NCBI GenBank assembly: GCA_038883775.1
Contig: JAVZLM010000003.1
Coordinates: forward strand, 96,001 to 160,000
DNA from: Candidatus Bathyarchaeia archaeon
GTDB taxonomy: Archaea > Thermoproteota > Bathyarchaeia > Bathyarchaeales > Bathycorpusculaceae
DNA: 64,000 nt
Direction: 5' to 3'
Part shown: one piece after another, positions 19,948 to 30,460 of the stretch
Layout of the letters: each line of letters begins with the position of its first letter
Numbering within the stretch: the stretch's first letter is position 1
Notes under the pieces: model-generated
What the model was told of the DNA's origin: nothing
Seen by the model: only the letters and a program-made list of their open reading frames with translations
Databases searched by the model: none
Made by a program: the position numbers and the translations under genes

Positions 19948-21899
19948 TAGGCGGCGACCTCTCTGATTATGGATTTCCCTTCAATGTTCTGAACGGTAAT
20001 TATGTTGGCCTCTTCCTTCGCGAATGTCACTTGGCTCGGTGTTATAACAATGTATTGGACGTTTGCATCCTTAACCGTTGAAATCAAAATTTTTGCAATT
20101 ATTTCGCGGTTCTTGGGGTCCATGTGAATATCGTATTCGTCCACAGCTCTGAAAGGCGAGCGAACATGCTGCTGTAAAGCTAACAAAAAGCTCATGGTTG
20201 CCGTTGTCCTTTCTCCACCACTCTGCGTGTAAGCATCCAGTGGCACTGGTTTGCCGCCTTTAAAGCCAACATCAATTTCTAACCCCGCAGCTTCTATGTC
20301 ATGTCCGTTCACAAGTCTAACTTCGCCGACTGCTTGGGCTTGAGCCAAAATCTTCTGGTACTCCAAATTTACACGGTCAAGGAGGCTTTGGATAACTGTT
20401 CGCCAATTCTGCATTCGCACTTTAACCTCTTCTAAAGCCTTCTCGCGGTTTTCGGCAACCTGCTGTGCCTTCTCTTTCAACTCCAAATAAAGTTTTGAGT
20501 AGGATTCGTACATGCGTTCTATATCCTCTGAAACATCCGCAAGCGCAGCCAAATGTCCATCAGTAACACGAAGCTCATCCAAAATTTCCCCAACACTCTT
20601 TACAACCGCAATTCTTAGACCAGTCTGCTCAGCCCTCGCCAAAGCCTCATTCAAATTCATCCTTGCACTTTTAAGTTCACCTTCAAGCTTATCCAATTCG
20701 GCTTTTAGGTTTTCTCCGCGGTATTGCAACAAAGCCAACTGGATGTGGCTGTCCACAACTTTGTTGCTTATTTTGTCCATGTTTTCTTCCAAAATCTTAG
20801 TTTTGTTCTGGTTCTCGTCGATTTCTTTGTTTAACTTTGAAAATTGCTGGCCAGAGTTTTGCATAAGCTCCCTCAAGTTTTCACTTTTTAGAAGTTTAAA
20901 CTGCGCTTGGTTTTCTTTGATTGTTACGCTTGTTTGGATTGACGGGTTTCCTTTCTCAAGCAGCGCTGCCTCTTTTAGAAGTTGCTCACAAAATGAGACG
21001 ATTGCTTCGTTCCTTGCTTTTTCCCTTTCGAGGCTTAAGCGTTCCGTGAAGAGGGCTTTCCATTCACTTTTTAATTTTTCAAATTCGTCCTGTTGGGCTT
21101 GCAGTTGTTCTTTGGCTATTTTTGTTTCTTCTTCAATTTGATTTAAAGCATCCAACTCTCTTTTCCTTTCAGCCTCTAAACTTTTAACATTCTCTTCCCT
21201 TTTTGCAACCTCAGCCCAGGCGAGTTCCCTCTCCAAGAATCTCCTTTTCGTCTGCAGTTGCTTCTTTGTTTGATATCTTTCGTACTGTTCCCTCCAATAA
21301 TTAAGTGTCTGCTCAACTGACTCTAAAAGCTTGTTTATGGAGTCTTCTTGGCTTAATATTCGGGTTAACTTTTTCTGTGCATCCAAAACGTTTTGGCGGT
21401 AAGGCTCCAGCCCCACAGCTGCCTCAACCATTCGCAGCTTTTCCTGTTGAGAAAGCACTGTGAACTGTTCAACCATGTTTTGATGCATTATTATAAGCAT
21501 GTTTTCTGGGTCAACACCCAACTTTGACAATAGTCTTTCCACATCAGTTTTTGTGGCAGCCCTATTCTCTAATTCAAACCAGTATTTACCATCCTTGCGC
21601 AAAACTCGGGTTAGGAAAATTTGGTCCTTATTAAATTTCGGAACGGGGCGCCTTCCACCCCTCTTCCTATTATCCAATATAAGCGTAACACGGGCTTGGT
21701 CTTTGCCCCAACGAATCAAATCGCTCAACTTTCTAGAGCGTTCAGTATAGGATTGTCCAAGGGCTACGGAAATAGCCAACAAAAGCGAAGACTTTCCAGA
21801 ACCATTTGGTCCGCAAATTACGTTTACTCCAGACTTAAAGGGTACCCTAGCATACTCGTAACTCATGAAGTTTTCGAGGATTACTTCGCTTATCAGCAT
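19947..21899 (-). CDS. Short SMC-family ATPase, SMC5/6-like
   Basis: LENFMSY, Walker A GPNGSGKS, coiled coils, signature QSGGER, Walker B/D-loop PFRAVDEYDIHMDPKNR. Confidence 0.9.
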   Translation of the reverse strand: MLISEVILENFMSYEYARVPFKSGVNVICGPNGSGKSSLLLAISVALGQSYTERSRKLSDLIRWGKDQARVTLILDNRKRGGRRPVPKFNKDQIFLTRVLRKDGKYWFELENRAATKTDVERLLSKLGVDPENMLIIMHQNMVEQFTVLSQQEKLRMVEAAVGLEPYRQNVLDAQKKLTRILSQEDSINKLLESVEQTLNYWREQYERYQTKKQLQTKRRFLERELAWAEVAKREENVKSLEAERKRELDALNQIEEETKIAKEQLQAQQDEFEKLKSEWKALFTERLSLEREKARNEAIVSFCEQLLKEAALLEKGNPSIQTSVTIKENQAQFKLLKSENLRELMQNSGQQFSKLNKEIDENQNKTKILEENMDKISNKVVDSHIQLALLQYRGENLKAELDKLEGELKSARMNLNEALARAEQTGLRIAVVKSVGEILDELRVTDGHLAALADVSEDIERMYESYSKLYLELKEKAQQVAENREKALEEVKVRMQNWRTVIQSLLDRVNLEYQKILAQAQAVGEVRLVNGHDIEAAGLEIDVGFKGGKPVPLDAYTQSGGERTTATMSFLLALQQHVRSPFRAVDEYDIHMDPKNREIIAKILISTVKDANVQYIVITPSQVTFAKEEANIITVQNIEGKSIIREVAA

Positions 21900-22019
21900 T
21901 TAAGCCCTTAGCCTCTCTTTGCGGTAAATAATAGAGGTGAAAACTCTCTTATTAAAGAATTAGCCAATTTATAATTAAAGCTCAAATCAAATTATGATAA
22001 GAATTTGACTAGTTGAAGG

Positions 22020-22259
22020 CTAAACTGAATGGGTTTTTCTTTGCGCTTTCATCTCCAGCAACCATTCCTTGGCTAGTTCTTTTGGAAAATCGTCAAACAT
22101 TCTCTTTAACACGGTTATTGGCAGTTTTCCGAGGGGTTTTTGGCAAACAGCACATTTAAGCCTCAAATGTGTTTCTTCAATGGTCAAAAGCGGAGAATTG
22201 CAATAAGGGCAAAACAAAATTCCCTCTTTATAAATGGGTGATTTTAACTTATTTTCCAC
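22020..22259 (-). CDS. Small zinc-ribbon protein
   Basis: CPYC...CAVC; overlaps the upstream nucleotidyltransferase. Confidence 0.6.
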   Translation of the reverse strand: MENKLKSPIYKEGILFCPYCNSPLLTIEETHLRLKCAVCQKPLGKLPITVLKRMFDDFPKELAKEWLLEMKAQRKTHSV

Positions 22260-22903
22260 TTTAAACCCTCTCTATAATATTCTATTAAGTGTGATAGTTT
22301 TTCCTCTTTAGCCCTTTTAGTTAAATATTCCCAGTCTATTTTATCATGCATGTTAAGCAAAACGGACATTACGTCTGAAAAATCGAACGTGTCTGGTCTT
22401 CTGGCTTTTAGTTTAGTTATTATATAATCTTCTGGACATGGAACAGGTATCGTTAAATCGTCAACTTTCACTTTTCTAATGCGTTTTAAGGATTCTTGAT
22501 TTAACCCAACAGTTTTCAAAGATAGAAGAATATCTACCCCTGTTTTAGTCACATTGTCAATAAACTTTAGCACGTTTTTTCCATCATAATACAAAACGTA
22601 CCTATTAGCTAAAATTTGGTGTAATCTCTCTTTATCTTTGTGCGAGACAAGTACAACGTCTATGTCTGCGGATGTTCTGGGTCTACCGTAGAAATGTATT
22701 GGTATAGCTCCTATAACCATATATTTTACTCTATACTTTTTTAGTCTTTCAATTAAATCTTTTAGGCATAGTTTAACTTGTTCTGGTATGTGGCTCATGG
22801 CTGTCCAGAATTTTAGGCTGGAAGAATGATATAAGCGTTCTAAGCTTAAACTTATTATTGACCTAGAGTAAATGGTCAACTGCTGAGAAGAAAGGAAAGG
22901 CAA
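22244..22903 (-). CDS. Minimal nucleotidyltransferase-superfamily protein
   Basis: IGA.....YGRPRTSADID, PEDYIITKL...D..D; start may be the ATG at 22798. Confidence 0.75.
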   Translation of the reverse strand: MPFLSSQQLTIYSRSIISLSLERLYHSSSLKFWTAMSHIPEQVKLCLKDLIERLKKYRVKYMVIGAIPIHFYGRPRTSADIDVVLVSHKDKERLHQILANRYVLYYDGKNVLKFIDNVTKTGVDILLSLKTVGLNQESLKRIRKVKVDDLTIPVPCPEDYIITKLKARRPDTFDFSDVMSVLLNMHDKIDWEYLTKRAKEEKLSHLIEYYREGLKWKIS

Positions 22904-22953
22904 GTTAAATTAATCTTAAACTTCTTAAGCAGATACCATATATTCAAAAGTAG

Positions 22954-23655
22954 GTGAAAAGTGTGGTTGTTGCTGGTAAGGTTTTTAGGCTTTCTGAACC
23001 GCTTTCCATAGCTGAGATTGCTTCGGAGCTTGAGGGTTATCGTGTTGAAGAGGCTTATGAGGAGGGTGACTACAAGTTTACCCTTGTAAGCGAGGTTGTT
23101 GGGCTTCTGCCAAAGCCTAAAGAGAACATGCTTAGGGGCGTTTACTCGCATGATTATGTTATTCACGTTTTTCATAGGGGTAAGATGGCGCCTTTGCCAC
23201 GCACTATTGAGGCTGTTTTCAGTTTTGCCCAGCATGAAGATAACACTTTCTTAACAATTGTTGAGAAGAAGCGCCTAGCCAATTTCATAGCCAACAAGCT
23301 TAGCGAAATCATTTTCGAAAAGGTTGGCGGCATAGTTGAAGCCAGAATTCCGCCCGAAACCTTGAGGGAGTTTCACTTGAAAAATCCTGAGGATACTAAA
23401 ATCACTTTTTTTGACAATGTGGATATTCCAAATGTGAATAAGCTTTCGCTTTATGGTCCAGATTTGATTAACACTTCGCTTTTCGAAGACTATTGCAAGC
23501 ATGGCGACTTATGGTATGTGGTGGCTAGGGCTAGGGAATATGGCTATGTTGTTGGCATAACAAGAGACGCTTCTGTGACGATTTTTAATTTGACTGATAA
23601 GGAAAAGTATTTGGAGTATGTGGCGAAAGAAGTTTACAAACTAATAATGAAATGA
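22954..23655 (+). CDS. Hypothetical archaeal protein
   Basis: 233-aa ORF with normal composition; no motif recognised. Confidence 0.6.
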   Translation: MKSVVVAGKVFRLSEPLSIAEIASELEGYRVEEAYEEGDYKFTLVSEVVGLLPKPKENMLRGVYSHDYVIHVFHRGKMAPLPRTIEAVFSFAQHEDNTFLTIVEKKRLANFIANKLSEIIFEKVGGIVEARIPPETLREFHLKNPEDTKITFFDNVDIPNVNKLSLYGPDLINTSLFEDYCKHGDLWYVVARAREYGYVVGITRDASVTIFNLTDKEKYLEYVAKEVYKLIMK

Positions 23656-23699
23656 AAGCAAAACATACCTCATTGCAAATTTGTGAGCACGGATAATCA

Positions 23700-24305
23700 A
23701 TGAACGACGCCGTTAGGGGTTTGTGGAATATTGTTTTAAGTGGCTATCCAAGATCTGGCAAAACAACGCTTGCCAAAAGGCTGGTTGCTGAAAACCAAAA
23801 TTTTGCAAGGATAGGCGTGGATGAGTTGAGGGAAATGCTTTTCAATGAGGCGCCTCCATGCCGTGACGAATTTCTCGTATATTCAATGATTGCTGACATG
23901 CGAGATACATTGTTGGAAAAAGGTTATAGTGTCGTTATTGATTCTACTGCGCCCGACAATACCACCCGTCAATTTTTATTAACAACAAGAAGGAAGGATG
24001 TGAACCGCTTACTTATTATGCTCACTGTGGATAGGGATGTTTTAATTGAAAGGAACATTGAAAAGTTCGGCGACGCAAAGGCTGTTATTGCTTGGGACAA
24101 GCGCTGGCAAAAACCAGCTGGCAACATTCCAGTATTCAAGTTCAAAAGCAGCAATCCATTACAGTTTGAAGTCTATTACGCTAGGCTGACAGAGCTTTTG
24201 GAAAGCGAAACGCATCCCTACAAGCCAGAATTTCATCATATTCCTCAGCCTTTAAAGGAGGTTCGGGAAGCCCTCAAAAATCTGTTGAAGAAGCGTACTC
24301 CATGA
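23700..24305 (+). CDS. P-loop kinase (AAA_33/PNK-like)
   Basis: GYPRSGKT, D.LR, VVIDST. Confidence 0.8.
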   Translation: MNDAVRGLWNIVLSGYPRSGKTTLAKRLVAENQNFARIGVDELREMLFNEAPPCRDEFLVYSMIADMRDTLLEKGYSVVIDSTAPDNTTRQFLLTTRRKDVNRLLIMLTVDRDVLIERNIEKFGDAKAVIAWDKRWQKPAGNIPVFKFKSSNPLQFEVYYARLTELLESETHPYKPEFHHIPQPLKEVREALKNLLKKRTP

Positions 24306-24311
24306 TTTTGG

Positions 24312-24842
24312 CTAAAATTCTATTCCCTTTCTTGCTTGGAAGCCCTTGTTGTATGGGTGTTTAATCTCCTTCATTTCTGTGACTAGATCTGCTGCTTCGA
24401 TTATTTCGTTTGGCGCATATCGTCCAGTCAACACGAGTTCGACATGTTTTGGTTTTTTCTTAACCAGTTCTACAACTTTTTCAGTTTTAATCAGTTTCAA
24501 GTTTAGGGCTACATTAATTTCGTCCAAGATTACCATATCATATTCGCCGCTTTTGACGGTTTCTTCAGCCAATGCTAAGGCTTCTTCTGCAAGCTTAACA
24601 TCCTCTTGGCTTGGCGGCTTTTCCGTTACAAATTTTCCTCTTCCGAAAGCCTTCAATTTTAGGTTTGGAAGCTTATCTACAATGTATAGTTCGCCATAGT
24701 CGAATCCGCCTTTTATGAACTGGATTATGTAAACCTTTAATCCTCTGCCTATGGCTCTTAGGGCAAGTCCAAAGGCGGCTGAGGTTTTGCCCTTCCCATT
24801 TCCAGTGTAAACCTGCACCATTCCTTTTTCAAGTTTTGGCAT
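24312..24842 (-). CDS. cobO: Cob(I)alamin adenosyltransferase (CobO/BtuR type)
   Basis: YTGNGKGKTSAAFG, QFIKG, ILDE, LTGR, KHPY..G..ARKGIEF. Confidence 0.93.
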   Translation of the reverse strand: MPKLEKGMVQVYTGNGKGKTSAAFGLALRAIGRGLKVYIIQFIKGGFDYGELYIVDKLPNLKLKAFGRGKFVTEKPPSQEDVKLAEEALALAEETVKSGEYDMVILDEINVALNLKLIKTEKVVELVKKKPKHVELVLTGRYAPNEIIEAADLVTEMKEIKHPYNKGFQARKGIEF

Positions 24843-25831
24843 TATTTTTCCTTCTTAAATTTTGAATGTAAAAGTTCTTCGGCGGCTGAGGCTGGGTCTA
24901 CTTCTTTCGCCATAATCTTTTTTAGGGTTTCTTGGAATTTTCCTTCTCTTTTCAACTCTTCAATTATGGAGTTTAATGCTTTTTCTTTTATGGCTTCGAC
25001 AAGTTCGGTTTCTGCCCTCAAAAGATTTCTTTCCTCTGCTTTTTCCTTTTTAAGAAAGGTTCTGTGCTCTTCCAATTTTTCGATAAGTTGAGGGACGCCT
25101 TCGCCTGTGAGGGCTACTGTTTTAAGAACTGGCGGTTTCCAAGCCTTTTCTTTGGTGTTTAATTGTAGCATTGCTTGTATGTCTGTTACGGCTTTTTCTG
25201 CGTTTTCGCGGTCAGCCTTGTTAACAACGAATATGTCTGCTATTTCCATTAAACCAGCTTTTATGGCTTGTATGTCGTCGCCCAAGCCAGGCGCGTGAAT
25301 TACGACTATTGTTTCTGCGACTTTGATGATTTCCACCTCTGATTGTCCAGCGCCAACAGTTTCAACAATCACTATGTCTTTGCCTGCTGCATCCAAAATT
25401 TTGACGGAGTCCCTTGTGGCTTTTGCTATTCCGCCTGGATAGTTTCGGGTCGCCATGCTTCTTATGAAGACGCCCTCATCCGTACTCAGTTCTTGCATTC
25501 TTATTCTATCGCCTAGGAAGGCTCCGCCGGTGAAGGGGCTTGTGGGGTCTACGGCTATGACGCCAACGCTTTTGCCCTTTCGCCTATATTCTCTAACAAT
25601 TTTTTCGATTAGGGTGCTTTTTCCAGAACCGCCTGGTCCAGTCAACCCAATAATGTGGGCTTTTCCCGTGTAGGGGTAGATTTTTGCGATCAGCGTTTTT
25701 GCTTCTGGAGCATCATTTTCTATGATTGTTATTGCCCTTGCTATGCTTCTTCGGTCTCCAGCTAAAACGCCTTGGGCTAAATCCTCAATTTTTGACAATT
25801 TCTGACACGTCTTAAGCTCTTTTTGGCGCAT
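24842..25831 (-). CDS. meaB: MeaB GTPase chaperone of B12 mutases
   Basis: [39 protein letters not shown]. Confidence 0.95.
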   Translation of the reverse strand: MRQKELKTCQKLSKIEDLAQGVLAGDRRSIARAITIIENDAPEAKTLIAKIYPYTGKAHIIGLTGPGGSGKSTLIEKIVREYRRKGKSVGVIAVDPTSPFTGGAFLGDRIRMQELSTDEGVFIRSMATRNYPGGIAKATRDSVKILDAAGKDIVIVETVGAGQSEVEIIKVAETIVVIHAPGLGDDIQAIKAGLMEIADIFVVNKADRENAEKAVTDIQAMLQLNTKEKAWKPPVLKTVALTGEGVPQLIEKLEEHRTFLKKEKAEERNLLRAETELVEAIKEKALNSIIEELKREGKFQETLKKIMAKEVDPASAAEELLHSKFKKEK

Positions 25832-26219
25832 TTTGCAAAACGAACTCTATTATCTTTTCCGTTGGCGTTCCAGGTCCGAAGATTTCTTTTATGCCCAGTT
25901 TTTTCATTTCTGGGACGTCCTCGTCTGGAATTATGCCTCCGGCGAAAACCATGACGTCTGTTAATCCCTTTTCTTTGAGGAGTTCCATTATTTTTGGGAA
26001 GAGGGCTTTGTGGGCTCCTGAAAGGATGCTTAATCCTATGACGTCCACGTCCTCCTGAAGGGCTGTTTCAACTATTTGTTCTGGTGTCTGCCTTAAACCA
26101 GTGTAGATTACTTCCATTCCCGCATCCCTTAGGGCTCTGGCTACGACTTTGGCGCCTCTGTCGTGGCTGTCTAAGCCTGGTTTTGCGATTAATACTCTAA
26201 TTTTTCTTTTGCTTTGCAT
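25812..26219 (-). CDS. Acyl-CoA mutase small, cobalamin-binding subunit
   Basis: [10 protein letters not shown] (DxHxxG), SILSGAH, GGIIP, FGPGT. Confidence 0.93.
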   Translation of the reverse strand: MQSKRKIRVLIAKPGLDSHDRGAKVVARALRDAGMEVIYTGLRQTPEQIVETALQEDVDVIGLSILSGAHKALFPKIMELLKEKGLTDVMVFAGGIIPDEDVPEMKKLGIKEIFGPGTPTEKIIEFVLQNAPKRA

Positions 26220-26234
26220 TTTCTCTGCCTCATT

Positions 26235-27917
26235 TTAGATTACTATTAATTCTTTATATTCTCCGTAAACTTTTCGCAATACATCGGTTATTTCGCCAAG
26301 CGTTGCATAAGCTTTTACTGCTTCGATTATTGTTGGCATAAGGTTTTCTTCTTTTTCTGCTGCGTAATGGAGTTTTTCGAGGATTTCCTTCACCTTTCTG
26401 TTGTCGCGTTCTCTTTTTAATTTTTGAAGTCTTGCGACTTGTTCTTTTTCAACTTTTGGGTCTATCCTTAAAAGTTCTATTGGGCATTCCTCCTCTTCTA
26501 TGACGAATTCGTTTACACCAACTATTATGCGCTTTTTCTCTTCAACCTCTCGCTGGTATCTGTAGGCGCTGTCGGCAATTTCCTTCTGAAAGAATCCTTT
26601 TTCTATTGCGGCTACGGCTCCGCCCATGTCATCTATTTTTTGTATGTATTCCATGGCTTTTTCTTCCATCTCATTCGTTAAGGCTTCAACATAATATGAG
26701 CCTCCTAAGGGGTCAACAGTATTTGTTACTCCGCTTTCGTAGGCTATTATTTGCTGGGTTCTTAATGCAACGCGAACGGCTTCTTCTGTTGGCAAGCAGA
26801 GGGCTTCGTCGAAAGAGTTTGTATGTAAGGATTGGGTTCCGCCCAAAACAGCGGCTAAAGCTTGGATGGTTGTGCGTACAATATTATTTAATGGTTGTTG
26901 TGCGGTGAGGGTGCAGCCAGATGTCTGAACGTGCATGCGCATCCACATAGACCTTGGATTTTTTGCGTGGAATCGCTCCTTCATTATCCTAGCCCATAAG
27001 CGTCTTGCCGCTCTGAACTTAGCTATTTCTTCAAAGAAGTCGTTATGCGATGCGAAAAAGAAGCTTAGGCGATGGGCAAAATCGTCCACCTTTAATCCTC
27101 TTTCAAGGGTTGATTCCACATAGGCTATTCCATCATAAAGTGTAAAGGCTAATTCTTGAAGGGCTGTTGCTCCTGCCTCGCGGATGTGGTAGCCGCTTAT
27201 GCTTACTGGGTTCCATTTTGGCAAGTGTCTCGCACAATATTCTATGACATCTGTTGTTAGTTTTACGGAAGGTTTTGGTGGGAAAATGCACAATTTTTGG
27301 GCGAAAAACTCTTTCAAATTGTCGTTTTGGGTTGTTCCGCCAAGCTTTTCCTTTGGCACGCCTTGCTTGTCGCCCACAGCAATATACATGGCAAGCAATA
27401 TTGAGGCGGGGCCATTTATTGTCATGGAAGTTGTAACCTTGTCTAATGGTATACCGTTAAAGAGAACTTCCATGTCTTGTAGCGAAGATATGGCCACTCC
27501 GCAGACGCCCACTTCACCCCTTGCCATTGGATGGTCAGAATCATAGCCCATAATTGTTGGATAGTCAAAGGCTGTGCTTAATCCAGTTTCGCCCTCGCTT
27601 AACAAATACTTAAAGCGCTTATTCGTGTCTTCAGCCGTGCCATATCCAGCGAACATCCGCATAGTCCATAAACGCCCACGATACATTGTTGCATGCAAAC
27701 CCCTCGTGAAGGGATATTCGCCTGGAAACCCCAAATCCCGCATATAATTCAATTCTTTGATGTCTTCTGGAGTGTAAACCCGCTTTATGAGCATGCCAGA
27801 GTGATTCCTAAATTCGGTTTTGCATTCTGGACATTGCCTTATCCAGTTTGGCAATGTGGTCTTTTCCCAGCGTTCTCTTTCTTTGACTATTTCCCCCATT
27901 TTCTGCTTATCAAACAT
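26235..27917 (-). CDS. Acyl-CoA mutase large subunit (isobutyryl-CoA mutase-like F/Q signature)
   Basis: [44 protein letters not shown]. Confidence 0.9.
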   Translation of the reverse strand: MFDKQKMGEIVKERERWEKTTLPNWIRQCPECKTEFRNHSGMLIKRVYTPEDIKELNYMRDLGFPGEYPFTRGLHATMYRGRLWTMRMFAGYGTAEDTNKRFKYLLSEGETGLSTAFDYPTIMGYDSDHPMARGEVGVCGVAISSLQDMEVLFNGIPLDKVTTSMTINGPASILLAMYIAVGDKQGVPKEKLGGTTQNDNLKEFFAQKLCIFPPKPSVKLTTDVIEYCARHLPKWNPVSISGYHIREAGATALQELAFTLYDGIAYVESTLERGLKVDDFAHRLSFFFASHNDFFEEIAKFRAARRLWARIMKERFHAKNPRSMWMRMHVQTSGCTLTAQQPLNNIVRTTIQALAAVLGGTQSLHTNSFDEALCLPTEEAVRVALRTQQIIAYESGVTNTVDPLGGSYYVEALTNEMEEKAMEYIQKIDDMGGAVAAIEKGFFQKEIADSAYRYQREVEEKKRIIVGVNEFVIEEEECPIELLRIDPKVEKEQVARLQKLKRERDNRKVKEILEKLHYAAEKEENLMPTIIEAVKAYATLGEITDVLRKVYGEYKELIVI

Positions 27918-28017
27918 GTTCAGCTAACCTCCAAGTATAAGCTGGTTTTGAACTAAATATTGGCGTCAAGCCTAAAAAGTTATTTCTCAAACAAACCATA
28001 AAATAATCATCTAAAAG

Positions 28018-29202
28018 GTGATGCAGATGGCTTCAAGGGATGTTGGCTTTTCAACGAAAGCTGTTCACGGCGGAGAAAAACCCGATAAGGGAAGCGTTGA
28101 AACACCAATTTATGAAACTTCCGTCTTCGCCTTCACCAGCACAAAGGAGCTTATTGAAGTCATAAGCGAAAGGGCGGAAGGCTACCTTTACACAAGATAC
28201 GACAACCCCACAGTAAGGGCTGTGGAAAGGAAAATGGCTATTCTAGAAGGGGCTGAGGAGTCCGCCGCCTTTTCTTCTGGCATGGCAGCGATAACAACAA
28301 CTTTGCTAACTTTGGTTTCGAAGGGAGACCATATTGTAGCTTCAAGAGACCTTTATGGTGGAACCCTAATCTTTTTCCAAGAAATGCTGCCACGTTTCGG
28401 TGTAGAAGTCAGCCTCGTAGATGCCACAAACCTAAGCGAAGTAAAAAAAGCCATGCAAAAGAGCACGAGGGTTGTTTTTGCTGAAACTCCGACAAATCCA
28501 ACATTGAAAATTGTGGATATGCGCCGCTTAGCGGCAATAGCCAAAAAGTGTGATGCAACAGTGGTTGTTGATAGTACGCTTGCCACGCCATATAATTTGA
28601 CGCCTATAAAGTTTGGCATAGATGTGGTTGTCCACAGTGCTACGAAATACTTGGGCGGACATAATGATGTGACAGCTGGAATAGTGTGCGGTTCACGGGA
28701 GTTCATCCAAAAACTGAAGAGGACAAGAAAAGTTCTCGGCGGAACTCTCGACCCTGTGGCTGCTTGGCTTCTACTGCGTGGTTTGAAAACCTTAGCACTA
28801 AGAATGGAAAGGCACAACAGAAATGGGATGCAAATAGCCAAATTTCTAGAAAAGCATCCAAAAATCGCCAAAGTCTATTATCCCGGACTGCCCAGCCATC
28901 CACAGCATAGGCTTGCCAAAAAACAGATGCGCGGTTTTGGTGGAGTTGTAAGCTTCGAAGTTAAAGGCGACTTTGGAAAGACTACGCAGTTTGTTGAAAA
29001 CCTTAGGCTATGCCTTTTAGCCGCAAGCCTAGGTGGAACAGAAACTCTCGCCACACAACCAGCAACATCATCCCACTACTTCATAAGCCCAGAACAACGC
29101 CAAAAACTCGGCGTGAGAGATCAGCTTGTACGCCTAGCCCTTGGAATAGAAGACCCAGAAGACATAATAGCAGACATAAAACAAGCACTAAACAAAATCT
29201 AA
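28018..29202 (+). CDS. Cys/Met-metabolism PLP enzyme (cystathionine gamma-synthase/lyase family)
   Basis: YTRYDNPT, SSGMAA, YGGT, ETPTNP, HSATKYLGGH, SLGG. Confidence 0.9.
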   Translation: MMQMASRDVGFSTKAVHGGEKPDKGSVETPIYETSVFAFTSTKELIEVISERAEGYLYTRYDNPTVRAVERKMAILEGAEESAAFSSGMAAITTTLLTLVSKGDHIVASRDLYGGTLIFFQEMLPRFGVEVSLVDATNLSEVKKAMQKSTRVVFAETPTNPTLKIVDMRRLAAIAKKCDATVVVDSTLATPYNLTPIKFGIDVVVHSATKYLGGHNDVTAGIVCGSREFIQKLKRTRKVLGGTLDPVAAWLLLRGLKTLALRMERHNRNGMQIAKFLEKHPKIAKVYYPGLPSHPQHRLAKKQMRGFGGVVSFEVKGDFGKTTQFVENLRLCLLAASLGGTETLATQPATSSHYFISPEQRQKLGVRDQLVRLALGIEDPEDIIADIKQALNKI

Positions 29203-29258
29203 CAATCTCCGTTTTCCTTCCTATTCGGATGTGGATTTAGAAAGTTTAATTAAGGTAT

Positions 29259-30395
29259 ATGTCCATTAGCTTGCAAGGGAAGTTAATGAATAAAAATAGA
29301 ATAGTTTATGGAATTATGCTGGCAGTGCTTTTACTGTTTGGTTTCTCCTTAACCGTCAACATTAAACCCGTCAAGGCTTGGAGTGGCACCATCACCATTA
29401 ACGAGGATGGAACCATATCCCCGGAAGGTGCACCAATTATAACCAGCGACTACATCACGTATACTTTGACTGGCAACATCACAAGCTCCGGTGACGGCAT
29501 TGATGTGGAGCGAAACAATATTATTATTGATGGAGCTGGCTACACCATAGAAGGCGTGGGCGACGGAGCAGCTGGAATAGCGCTTATCGAAATGGAGAAC
29601 ATAACAGTTAAAAATGTAATCATCACACGCTTTGAATATGGAATTTGGCTTGAAGACGCCGATAACTGCACCATAATTGGCAATACCCTAATAAACAACA
29701 CCGAAAACGGCATGGAAATTTGGTGGGGATCCGACCACAACCGCATAATTGGAAACAACATAATAAACAACAACTGGACCGGCATTCATATTGGAGACTC
29801 CGATGATAACATTTTCTATCACAATAATTTCATAGGCAACAAAGAGCACGTGAAAAGCTACGATTCAACAAACTTTTGGAGCGGTGACTATCCATTGGAA
29901 GGCAACTATTGGGATGACTATGATGGCGAAGACTCCGATGAGGATGGCATAGGCGACACTCCGTACTCTCTCCCAGAAGGAAACGTTGACGATTATCCCC
30001 TAATGGGCCCCTTTAGAAGCTTCAGCACCCCGCTTGACTCCAAAGTGGAAGTGATCTCTAACTCTACAATAAACAGTTTTCAATACTTCCAGTCTAACAA
30101 TTCAATAGTCATGTATGCTTCCGAATCAATGATTGGTCAAACCCATGGATTTTGCAGAATAAAAATACCCAAAAACCTAATCCAGCCAACCTTCACTATA
30201 AAAGTGAACGATGTTCCAGTTGAATACAAAACAATATTTGAAAACCAAACATTAAGCATAATCTACTTCGCTTACCATCACTCGACGGTGGAAATAACAA
30301 TAGTTCCAGAAATTCAAACCATCATGGTTCCTATGCTGTTAGCGCTTCTGACAGCCCCTATCATAAGATTTGTGAAAAAGAGAAAGAAGCCATAA
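29259..30395 (+). CDS. Secreted NosD-like parallel beta-helix surface protein with PEF-CTERM-like tail
   Basis: Signal peptide, Asn-rich PbH repeats, GNYWDDY...DGIGDTPY, VPE + TM + basic tail. Confidence 0.8.
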   Translation: MSISLQGKLMNKNRIVYGIMLAVLLLFGFSLTVNIKPVKAWSGTITINEDGTISPEGAPIITSDYITYTLTGNITSSGDGIDVERNNIIIDGAGYTIEGVGDGAAGIALIEMENITVKNVIITRFEYGIWLEDADNCTIIGNTLINNTENGMEIWWGSDHNRIIGNNIINNNWTGIHIGDSDDNIFYHNNFIGNKEHVKSYDSTNFWSGDYPLEGNYWDDYDGEDSDEDGIGDTPYSLPEGNVDDYPLMGPFRSFSTPLDSKVEVISNSTINSFQYFQSNNSIVMYASESMIGQTHGFCRIKIPKNLIQPTFTIKVNDVPVEYKTIFENQTLSIIYFAYHHSTVEITIVPEIQTIMVPMLLALLTAPIIRFVKKRKKP

Positions 30396-30460
30396 ACTCA
30401 AAATTTGGAGGCAATTCTTATTTACATTCTTTATTATTTTTCATTTTAAGCTGAAAGTTT

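Noticed and set aside
28018-29202. Methionine gamma-lyase call
   Set aside because: It has YGGT rather than the YGC motif typical of methionine gamma-lyases, so it is left at family level.
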